A program made the translations under genes and the position numbers. A DNA stretch of 44,547 nt, from NCBI RefSeq assembly GCF_001194135.2, contig NC_068997.1:5616030-5660576 (forward strand), in the 5' to 3' direction. Positions 1 to 11,320 of this stretch are shown here, one piece after another. This DNA comes from Octopus bimaculoides (lineage: Eukaryota). The first letter of the stretch is position 1; each line of letters starts with the position of its first letter. The notes under the pieces are model-generated. The model made no database searches. It was not told the origin of the DNA and saw nothing but the letters and a program-made list of their open reading frames with translations.

Positions 1-33
<33 letters not shown>

Positions 34-2008
34 CATATAGATAGATGGAGGTTTTACTGTTTTACTGGTTGTAACCAGCAGCCTGTAACCATGCTCTGTT
101 AACACCGTGTGTGTAGTGTATGTATATGCGTGTTTGTGTTCACATATATCTGTGTATGTAAAAGGAGAGTCCTTGCCTGAGCTCTTATTTTCCATTATTA
201 TTTTGCGAGTGAAAGACCTTGGTTTTTGAATGACAAGCCTTCATTGATTGCACGGGTAGGTACAAAACAAAGAAGTAGGAAACCAAAGAGCAATTCATAC
301 TGAAGAGAAAGAATTTGTGTGTGTGTGCACGTGCTTGTTGTCTCCCCAACTTTCTATATTTTTTAGACAAGATATGCAAAGTAAGTTATTATTGGCACTA
401 TATTCAATGTCATCGAAATATCTCTGTCGTCCTTCCTTTTAACAGAGATGATATATTTCACTAAAAAGATGTTTAGTTTAACAGAAAAAAGAAACACCAA
501 ACCTAATTTGGATATTTTTTTATAAATTTGCCAATATTTTTTATTCCTTTATTTTTTCTTTTGCCATTTTACTTTTTTCTTCTCATTTACTCTAGTTTCT
601 GAATGTTCCCTTTCTTATCAAAATTTATAAGTGCGTGTGTGTGTGTGTGTGTGTGTAAAAGCACCAGGCTAGATAACTTTAACAGTAGTTGGTCTATGTT
701 ATCCTGAGTGTCTTGCCGCCAACAGCCTTTCATTACTCTTGGGGTAATGAAAAATATATTGTTAATAGTAGCGTCATATTGGAGAAATGTTTAATTTATG
801 ATACCCTCCATTCTTCAAATATTAATCTTGTGTCGATTCACAAGAAATTGATGGCACTGCACCCCACCTATATATAATTCTATCTGACTGACTATCTGTC
901 TATCATACATAAATATACAATATATATATATATATATATATATANNNNNNNNNNNNNNNNNNNNNNNNNNNNNNNNNNNNNNNNNNNNNNNNNNNNNNNN
1001 NNNNNNNNNNNNNNNNNNNNNNNNNNNNNNNNNNNNNNNNNNNNNNNNNNNNNTATATATATGTTCATATTCATTTGGTGGTTCTATTTAGTGAGAACTG
1101 CTTTTGTTTGTTTAGACAAAAAAAAAAAAATTTTCAAGACCTGATCTAGATATAATCACTGTCTCTATGTATATATTGAAAGAGAGAGAAATCTACATGT
1201 GTGTGTTTCTGTATGTATGTATAATCTAGATCCAATGTAAGCAGTTTTGATTGAAAGAAAAAGGAAAAAATGGTTCACCATTATTGGACTACCATGAAGA
1301 AACATTTTCAGGATTATTTCTCAGGTGTTAACATAGATTTGCCCAGCATCCATGTCCATTTTTTTTATTCCTTAGAATTTCTTCATGTTATTCAACTCAG
1401 CATAAATATTTGGTTATCTTAACTAAAATTTCAAATCCAGCTTGCGGGTAAAACAAAAAACAAAAAAAACAAAAAAAAAAAATAAAGCTTTCAACTAACT
1501 GTCATTAAGTTTCTACATTACCGATTTTTAGCATGGCTTTTTATCTTTGTCTTCTATACCGAAATACTTGTATTCTTATCTATACTATAATGTGTTGTGC
1601 TGAAGTAAGCCTCTTTGGTAGCTTAGAGAAGTTTTGGCATTTTTTCATGTGTGCTTGACATGTGTCAGTTTGTGTTTATGCTTGTTTATGTATATGTAAG
1701 TGTGTGTGTGTACAAATGTATGTCTGTACTTAACACACACATATATGTGTGTGTGTGTGTGTGTGTGTGTATATTTGCATTGTGTTTCTTTCTTTGAGAT
1801 TTGTTAAGTTCTTCACAGAATTGAGGTGAATCATTAAGAAACTAACAAAGCTTTTTTTTTTTGTTTAAGTCAAGACAAATATATTCACAACAAGAGTTGT
1901 GAATATACAAGTTAAAGTGGGTATATGTGTTTGACTATGGATGTATGTATTTCTCATGTAGTGGGTATGTATGTCTGTTTACTACATAAGTGTATGTGAT
2001 TGTATATG

Positions 2009-2053
<45 letters not shown>

Positions 2054-2064
2054 ATATATATATA

Positions 2065-2850
2065 TTCATTAATTCCAGGAAACTCAGGTCCAGAATTTTT
2101 GGAATGTTTTATAAATCTTCACTGTACCCCTAATCAATTGAATTTGTCAGTTTGCTTTGTTCATTCTTAAAAGAAAATCTTCAAATTTCCAGAGTTTCTT
2201 GCTATTTTGGCAAATCTATTGTTACAGCCCATTGCACTTATAATCCAACTGGATACAAATGAGAATCTATAGTCAAGTTACTGGAGCTGTATGTTCTGTA
2301 TAAGTTTACTATAGATGTTATCTTTTTTTTTTCACATCTTCTGAGCAGCTGATATCTTAAAGAGTGCATGAATTTTGTTCCTTATCTTATCAAATTATAT
2401 CAGGCCTGTTGTATTTGCACCAGAATTGCTGTTTTTATTGGAATGTTCCACTGGTGTTTCTTATTTTTAAACATATGGATGCATTGTGGTTCTAGCACAC
2501 CTTTAGTATGACTATCAGGACAATCTTCTAGATGGCATTTTTAATAGTTTTGGCAACAAAGCCATGTCGTATGGGAAGATGGCACCTTGTGGACATTTTT
2601 GAACAGCTGTGTGGGCGTTATGTTCCTCACTGGTAGGCTTATTTGACATATTCTACCATAGTTTGGAAGTCTGGAAACATCATTATCTCTTTTGCTAATC
2701 ACGTATTATCTGCTTCTGAATAGTGAAGACATCTGTCTAGTAGGAATTTGAAGTATTCATCACAGGCCCAGGAGAAGTTTTTTTTCTTGTCAATGCTGTT
2801 GGTTACAGAATATGAGCCTATGCATCAAATTTGTATTCAAGTTGAAAAAT
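2065..2850 (-). mobile_element. Decayed 3' end of a restriction-like-endonuclease (REL) non-LTR retrotransposon, R4/Dong/NeSL-like
   Basis: Stop-riddled translation keeps ...SCSKMSTRCHLPIRHGFVAKTI (zinc-knuckle tail), KYNRPDII**DKEQNSCTL*DISC (RPD motif) and, after a frameshift, IQLIRGTVKIYKTFQKF; boundaries approximate. Confidence 0.65.
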
Positions 2851-3549
2851 TTAGTGTTGTGTACTTTCATTTATAGGTTATTTGCTAGTAAATATGGAAC
2901 AATGGATTTCTCAACTTGAAATATAAACGTAGAAAGACTGTCTTCTTTGTTGTACAAGTCACATATGGTTATATTAACACACACGTACACGTATGTTATG
3001 ATATGAGGGAAAGTATTAAGACTAATTACAAATATTCTTAGTGTTTGTGTCTATTAATAAAGATAGAATAGACTAGTTACTTTGGAGGCAGGCTAGATCA
3101 TCATTCTGCTTATCAGAGATTACATTTTCACCTAAACTAACATCTATGAGGTACTGTTAAGTTTTTTAAAAATTTTATTTGAAAAGCATCTTCACATGCT
3201 TTTTTCTCTTTCTGTCAATTTCTTATAATTTGTCACTCTTAAGATGTCCACCATCAACTAAGACAGTGATAAATATTTCAGCTTAGCTCACTTGTTCTCT
3301 AATGGTTACAAGAAACTTCTTTTTTAGTCATAATAAACACTCCCCCTGTCTCTCTTTCTCTCTCCTTACACTCACACACACTATATATATGTATATATAT
3401 AAACTTATGATGAAAGTAAACGAACAAAGTTTGCTTTAGAAGCTTTGAGATGTATTGAAAAATACAGAAATAATTTATTCTCAAACACATGCTAATACAA
3501 TAGCATGAACAGGATAAACTATCCATATATTGCAGAAAAAATCGTTACT

Positions 3550-3622
3550 GGCCAACCATGAGACTCAAACTTACATCCTTGTGATTACGTGTCAAGTGCT
3601 TTACCTTTAAGCTAAACTGCCC
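3550..3622 (-). pseudogene. Degenerate tRNA-like sequence (SINE head or tRNA-Thr-like pseudogene)
   Basis: gggcagtttagcttaaaggtaaagcacttgacacgtaatcacaaggatgtaagtttgagtctc has A-box/B-box-like layout and a CACGTAA loop; stems pair poorly, so not called a tRNA. Confidence 0.35.
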
Positions 3623-3721
3623 AGTGACGAATTGTTCATGCATTTGAGAATAAATTATTTCTGTATGTTATATATATATACATACACACACACACACATA
3701 GATATTTCAGGTTTTATTGAA

Positions 3722-3764
<43 letters not shown>

Positions 3765-3810
3765 AGGGACGTGCCACCCAGGTAGGCAAGTTAGGCAGTG
3801 CCTACCTTGA
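3765..3810. mobile_element. Possible hAT-type MITE terminus
   Basis: CAGGGACGTGCCACCCAGGTAGGCAAGTTAGGCAGTGCCTACC next to (TA)n; no matching opposite terminus found. Confidence 0.3.
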
Positions 3811-5390
3811 ATAAAATAGATCGATAGCAACACTTACCTTTTATGGCAAAATACGCACCTAATTCAATAGAATTATGAAGGTTACTCTGATTACACTGCA
3901 TAAAATGCAAAATATTTTATTTTTTTGTAGATTAGGTAGGCATAATTCACCCCTGCTTTTCAATCTCAGTATTTAAGCTACACATAGTACTGCTGCTGTG
4001 CACGTGCTGCGTACATTCCTACAACAACATTTTCTTTACGCATTATGAAGGCAGAAGTAAATTTGCCTACAACTCGGTTGCGTGCCTTTCTTTGCTTTTT
4101 TTTTGTTTTGTTTTACTATATAAATGTCACCAACTGCTTACCCTGAGTAATTACTGACGGCACATGACTGATATACACACACACACATATACACACACAC
4201 TTCAATAAACCCTGAAATAAACAGTACTTAATTATTTTCATAAATCAAAATTGATTTTTCATCTTTCTTGTAGGTATTTTTACTTTTTTCTATGAAGGAA
4301 TCCACTGGTGAATAAATGGCAAATATGTAAAAGTGCAAAAAGTATACGATCAGGCAGGGTAATTTTGTGTTTCCATGCCCTTGTGAAATGCAAGAACAAG
4401 CAGTGTCATCTCTTCTCACTTCTACAAAATCTGACATTCTCTGTACTGGGGAATAAATATAATCAATGTAGGGGATTTTTTAGGTTTTTTTTTTCAGACA
4501 GAATGCTTTAATGATATTTGTTTTAGTTGAACCTAATGAGGTAGACTGAGTGGTTAATAATAGTAATAATAATAATGATAATTCTTTCTAATTTTGGGAC
4601 AAGACCAGCAGCTTTTATGGTCAATGAGATAAATGACCAGTCAATATAATATAATACATGTATGTGTATATGTAATATATATTGTATATGATATATATAT
4701 ATATACATTGTAGATATATATTGCAGTTATGAATTCAATATCTAAAATTCTGTTGTGGTTTCTCTTCTGTCTCACTCTATACCTACCTACCTACTGAAAT
4801 TCCACAGGCAATCAAAATTATGTTTTGGGTTGGGAATATTATTGATATTGAATTTGAAATCTTTCTTATACACTATTTTCTATAGTTCACTTTTTAAACC
4901 ACACCTTTCCATCAAAACAATTTACAGATCAAGTTAGCGATAATTACAGCGATAACTTTAGATCAATAGTTATTGCTTGGGAGCAATAATTTAAAAACTA
5001 AATCTTCTAGGTTCTTCTTTTTCTTTGGAAAAAGTACAATATTTTTTCATTTTAATTTATAGCTTTGTGTATAGTCATTTCTTTGTTTATAGTTAAATTT
5101 TAAATTCTTGTATATCAATTAGTATATAACAATAACAACACAGAATGTATGTGTTTATTTTTAACGTCTTGATAATATTTAAAAAATTTCTGTTTGAGAA
5201 TAATTTTTTAAAGAATATTTAAATGTATGTATGCATGCATATATGTGTGTGTGCATGCACAAACACATATACACTCACACACACACATGTTGTGTAAAAT
5301 GTTACCTTTAAAATGTGAAATTAACTTTTTGTTACTGAAATGCCGTCCTCATTTAAATGTTGCTCTTTCATGAAACCATCCTAAAAACAT

Positions 5391-5506
<116 letters not shown>

Positions 5507-5950
5507 AAGGTGGCGAGCTGGCAGAATCATTATGCTGGATGAGATGCGTAGCTGTATTTCACCTGTCGCTGCATTCTGAGTTCAAATTTCGCTGCGGTCA
5601 GCTTTGCCTTTCATCCTTTTGGGTTTGATTTAATAAGTACCAGTTACTCACTGGACTCGATGTAATAGACTTAATCCCTTCCCCCAAATTTCAGGTATTG
5701 TGCCTACAGTGGAAAGGATTATTATTATTAGTAGTAAGGTGGTGAGTTGGCAGAATCATTAGCACCTGAGGCAAAATGCTTAGCAGCATTTCTTCCTGCT
5801 TTATGTTGTGAGTTCAAATTCACTGAGGTAGACTTTAGCTTTCATCTTTTTGTGGTCGATAAAATAAGTACAAGTGGAGAACTGGGGTCGATGTAATTGA
5901 CTATCCCCTCCCCCAAATTTCAAACCTTGTGCCTATAGTAGAAAAGATTA
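5507..5950 (+). mobile_element. Two tandem tRNA-derived SINE copies (family B). Other copies, approximate: 16195-16400 (+), 16880-17275 (+, two), 18350-18795 (-, two), 25960-26125 (-), 33356-33567 (-), 33620-33820 (+), 34655-35100 (-, two)
   Basis: A-box-like ggcgagctggcagaatc, B-box-like gagttcaaatt, central gcctttcatcctttyggggtcgataaaataagtaccag (Meta/Sauria-SINE-like domain, from memory) and (TTA)n tails. Confidence 0.85.
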
Positions 5951-7280
5951 TTATCATTATTATTATTATTATTATGATTACATAACAGACCTTTAATTAG
6001 ACATTTAAAATTTGATTTACCCTGAAAACTTAGTTTAACGATAAGGAGTGTGTGTGATGTTGAAAATATGATTCCTATATATACCCACACGAGTGTGTAT
6101 GTAAATTATTCAAGTATTAATTAGATGTGTAACAACCAGGTATTTATTAGCTCATGTACAATAATAATGTTCAATTGTAAAATGTCTTTAAAGCCCATCC
6201 AAGCTTTCACTTATTTTCTTCCCAATACAATACAATATACTACTTGAAGTTTTCCAAATAATTTAACTACAGATGTTTAGACTTAATCTCTTTTTTCTTT
6301 TTCTCATTTTTTTTTTTTTTAATTTCAGGGGTTTCTTTCTTTTTGTAACTTTTTTCTTTTGTTCCTGTTATGGGTTAAGTATATTTTCTGTCTTACATGT
6401 GGTACGATATTCTATTAGCTGCCTTAATGTTATTTTGCTTCATCTTCCACATTCTGAGTTCAAATGCCACTGTAGTTAGTAGTATTGCCTTTCCTCTTTC
6501 CAGCATAAGTACCAGTAATATACTGCAGTTGGTTCAAACCTGACTAAACTCACTTCTGCCTGTGCAAGTAGAAACCATTGCACTTAATACAATAATGGCA
6601 CTTCACTGATACTGAAGATTTTGAGTTTGTACCACAATACTGGCAATTTCATTTGTTGATACCCTTTAACTCCAAGTCAGCCTCATAAGATAAGTTTTTT
6701 TTTTCTTTCTGTTTTTCTTTTTATCTGCTGGATAAGTGTCTTCTATTTATAGCCTCAGGCCAACAAATGCCTTGTGAGGGAATTTGGTTGTCAGAAACTG
6801 AATAATGCCACTTATACATGTATATGCATCTATATATGTATTTGTGTGTATGTATATGTATGTGTGTAAATGATTACAAAACTACACTGGACGACAGCCA
6901 TAAATAGTGATGTCACTATTTGTGATTGATCTGCAACCACTGATGTTTGTTGATGTTTCCTGTCAATATATCATCTACTAGATGTGTGCTTTTGAATTCT
7001 TCAGGAATAAAAAAATAAATCCCTTACTTGAAAAACAGATATATGTTGGTGACAGGAAGAACATCCAGTCACAAAAATTCTGCTTCAATTACTTCCCTTC
7101 TAAACCATGCTAAAATGGAGAAACAAGCAAATGACTATGAAGACTCTACAAATGAGTAGTGCCATCCAGCTCTTCAAAGTCACCTGTTGTTACTAATTAT
7201 AAGCAACTTTATAGGCACTGTCCTACCCACTTTTTAAAAAATATATATATATGAGCTAAACTTGTGCACATGGTTACATA

Positions 7281-7513
7281 CAAGATGTGGCAGAAAAAGA
7301 TTCCATATTTTATACAACCATTAGTGTAACACTAGTGAAGTTAGGCAGATGGTAAGAATGTTTTCATGTAGGTAATGTTTTGCTGTTTTTCTTTTTCTTG
7401 TCACCATTATGGTTTGGACTGGTGTACATCATGTGTCTGTTGTTGTAGTGTTTATCAAAAGTGGTGACTCTTGGGAGGGTTTTTTTTTTTGTTTTTCTTT
7501 TGGCCACATCTTG
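7281..7513. mobile_element. Tc1/mariner-type MITE, 233 bp
   Basis: TA|CAAGATGTGGCAGAAA ... TTTTGGCCACATCTTG|TA: inverted termini with TA duplication. Confidence 0.7.
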
Positions 7514-7788
7514 TATATATTTATCAGAAGTTTTCTTCAATTTTACATTATAGTCTTCCATTTGCAATATTTCTGTCTAGATTTTGTGACATCTTATTTG
7601 TCCAGTTATTGTCTCACCTATTCCTTTCAGTGAATTTTAATAACCATTGTTGTGTATTTGTATTTTACTGTAAAAGTTTAGGTCTTTCAGAGTTAAGAAA
7701 AGGATGTCAAATTGGCTTGATGTCCAGCTCTTTAAGAGATTTTGCCTTCTCTCACTGAATGAAATAGTTTGCTTAAATGAAAACTATT

Positions 7789-7854
<66 letters not shown>

Positions 7855-7858
<4 letters not shown>

Positions 7859-8045
7859 GAATTTGCAAAAAAGCAAAAGATGAAGACGGGTGTGTAAACA
7901 ATAAACAGATGTATTAGTTTAATGGTCGGGAAGTGAGAAAGTCTTTTACGTTTTGAGCCTATGCTCTTCGACAGAAAGGAACACACAAATAAACGGAGAG
8001 AAAATAGAAAAGGAGTGGGGAAATAAATAGAAAATAGAAAAATGT
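7855..8045 (-). mobile_element. Penelope-like terminal-repeat fragment containing a decayed minimal hammerhead-like motif at 7943-7978
   Basis: Minus strand reads cttt-CTGTCGA-A-GAGC-atag-GCTC-AAAAC-GTA-aaag; flanked by (TA)n and (TG)n. Confidence 0.5.
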
Positions 8046-8717
8046 GTGTGTGTGTGTATTGTTGAGAGCTTAACTTAATCATTCCATAATTTTTTTTTTT
8101 AGTAAGGAGTTACAGAAAGAATTATATTTATTTTTAGCAAACTTTTAAAGTCTCAAAAAGAAAAAGCAGATTTGTCCATAAAAATCAGTTGTATCAGGTT
8201 TAATGTAGTGAAATTATGAAATATTTAAAAATATTAATTTAAAGTTATTCTCTGTCTTTTAACTAGCTTAATGTGCTTGACTCACTGGAATGTTTTAAGG
8301 AACAGAAAAATGCAAAAAAAAACCCCAAAAAAACACCAAGCTGGTCTAGAACTTAACTCCTCTTAGTTTACAGTTTATAGCAAATGTCCATTCTACATAT
8401 AATTTGCTGTCAGCTTTTATGTCAGTTCTTACCGATTTTCACATCTACTTTTCAGAAACTGCTAAATTAGACCTTTCTAAGAAGTGCCTTTCAATCAATA
8501 CTCATATATTTTGCTGCTCTATACAGTACTGCTCTGTGAAACTAAACTTCATAGCTTTGAAAATTCTTTTTTTTTTTTTTTTTTCTTGTTAATCTGTATC
8601 CATCTCTGATTCAAATTTCGTAGGAGAGTTCAAAATATTTGGTTTTCTAATATTAAATATAGATTAAAAACACAAAATCACAACCTACATGCATACATAC
8701 TTTCTTATAATTCAGCA

Positions 8718-8748
<31 letters not shown>

Positions 8749-9151
8749 NNNNNNNNNNNNNNNNNNNNNNNNNNNNNNNNNNNNNNNNNNNNNNNNNNNN
8801 NNNNNNNNNNNNNNNNNNNNNNNNNNNNNNNNNNNNNNNNNNNNNNNNNNNNNNNNNNNNNNNNNNNNNNNNNNNNNNNNNNNNNNNNNNNNNNNNNNNN
8901 NNNNNNNNNNNNNNNNNNNNNNNNNNNNNNNNNNNNNNNNNNNNNNNNNNNNNNNNNNNNNNNNNNNNNNNNNNNNNNNNNNNNNNNNNNNNNNNNNNNN
9001 NNNNNNNNNNNNNNNNNNNNNAATTTTCTAACTGAAACATTTCCACATCTTTGGCCATGAAGTACATGTAGTTTCATTTTTGTTTTAGCCACAGCACAAC
9101 CACCTCACAACCATCTTGTGTTCATGCCTGAGAAACACACATGCGCACACA

Positions 9152-9190
<39 letters not shown>

Positions 9191-9735
9191 TCTCTTGCTC
9201 TCAACATTCTGTCCAGTTAATTTATCAGTGTGCCACAAATAATCATGTTTTTTTTTTCTTTATCCATTTCTTTAGTTGCAGCTGGTCTTAACATTTTGGC
9301 AGGACACTTTGCTTCTCTTTGAGGCCTAACCATATTGACATGCAAAACACAATGCGTAGAACAACACAAATAGACATGCCTCTCCCTTTCTCTCACTCTC
9401 TCCTTCTTTTTCATGCAAGTCAACAGTTATTTTTCACTCAAAACGTAATGAAAAAATGTTCTTTAAAAATAGTTTTGAATGTGAAAATATTTTTTTCATT
9501 CAATGGAAATATTTTTTGAAAATGGTTTTCTGTTTATAATTTATAATTTATTTATTTTTTCTGTTGCTTTTTTTACTGCAAATTAATTGCTATAATTTTA
9601 TAAAATTCTTTCCTTCTCACTGTTTCACGGCTCTCTTTCTCCATGTTTTAGTCTAATTGTGAAAGTTGGCCATTTCATAGTCTTAAACGTGCAACAATTA
9701 CTCATCTGTCAAAGCCACCAACACCTATAACTAAC

Positions 9736-9769
<34 letters not shown>

Positions 9770-10047
9770 TATAAGAACTCCATCTGTATCCATCAAAAAT
9801 GAAGTGGGCAATCACACACTGGTGTGTGTACACCACATAAAGCACAACTCCAAAACCATAGAGCAATCTGGATACATACAATGTAGAATGACACAAATTT
9901 TATTTGCAAAGTTACCTTCTTTATCTGTTAATGCTCTTCACACCCCTGAGTATATACGCATATGTATTTATGTAAATGTGTGTGTATGTACATATACACA
10001 ATATATATACACAATATATATATATATATATATATATNNNNNNNNNN

Positions 10048-10087
<40 letters not shown>

Positions 10088-10356
10088 TGAAAATGTGACT
10101 GTTCTAGTTTAACCCTTTTTTTTTTTATTGAGGTCTTTTTCATACAAGTTGTTATTGTTTATATGGAACAGTAAGTTCCTCTTCTAGATGTTGCTGCTTT
10201 ATAGCTGGTAATATCTGCATCAGTCACATTAGCTTTGCAGCAATACTCACCAACATCAATTCAACCTGAAAACATGACTTAGAAGCATAAGAAACATTGG
10301 TGACTGATTTGGGAACCTCATTACTGAAAAATAAAATTTACTTCAATAAGAATAAT

Positions 10357-10620
10357 GTGTGTGTGTGTGTGGTTGTCTACTCCCTATGCAGAGTTTGACC
10401 ACCACCTGTACCTACATCTTAGAACCATCATGGCATCTGATGTGGCTTTTCAAATCAGACAGTGTTTTGAAAAGACACCCACATAGATTGCATACTTGGG
10501 TTTGGACCACCAAGAGCTGCAGTTAAGTTCTGATCTTTGTGGATCTTAAAATGTCCTTTGAGGCCTCTGTTAGATTTGAAGACCTTCTGGCATGCATTGC
10601 ATTGAAAGGTGTGCACAGAC
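10357..10620 (-). mobile_element. 3' end of an RTE-type LINE with two C2H2 fingers and a (CA)n tail
   Basis: FQCNACQKVFKSNRGLKGHFKIH, then after a 1-nt frameshift CNLCGCLFKTLSDLKSHIRCH...M*, a short 3' UTR and a CA tail. Confidence 0.65.
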
Positions 10621-10912
10621 ATATATATATATATATATATATGTTGTATTTACAATATAATGTCTAAAAGAAAAGCTGTTTCTCATATAAATGTATATGT
10701 AGATGTGTATTTGTATATATGTAAATCGTTTTTCCATGGCTAAACTGAGATTTCAGGCAGGGCATTCACAAATGTGTCTGCATGAATTTAGCTGTTTTTT
10801 TTCTTTTTATGCAACATGTACACATTGCAGGGATCCATCTATTTTAGACTTTAAGATAGCCATGCCACTTTCTGGGTTTACTTCAAGTGGTGAGTTTTGC
10901 CTTCCCTCCATC

Positions 10913-10954
<42 letters not shown>

Positions 10955-11274
10955 AAATTCATCTCAGTCCCATGGTCAAATAGTTAATTATTTTCATCAG
11001 CTTCATGCATGCATGCATGTACATATGTATGTATGTGACGATATATATATATATGTATGTGTTGTGTGTGTGTGTGTATATATACACACATGCACAAAAA
11101 TTTGTGTATTTACCACTATTTTCCAACATGCATTTATTTTGTTTCAGCTTCACGTTTCTGTTACTGATGTTGTCTTTTATCACATTTCATGTACATCCTT
11201 CTTTATCACACTTTCTTCATTCAAATAATCTGCTCTTCTGCTGTGCTCCTCATCTATATCTATCTATCTATCTA

Positions 11275-11320
<46 letters not shown>

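Noticed and set aside
4274-4540. Kelch-like peptide NPLVNKWQICKSAKSIRSG in a candidate + strand exon
   Set aside because: A single short match with no neighbouring Kelch repeats and no consistent exon chain
7364-7567. Lys-rich minus-strand ORF resembling a protein C-terminus
   Set aside because: Most of it lies within a TA-flanked MITE, and the lysines come from T-runs
10400-10615. Host C2H2 zinc-finger gene
   Set aside because: Frameshifted, without convincing splice sites, and followed by a short UTR and (CA)n tail typical of a LINE 3' end
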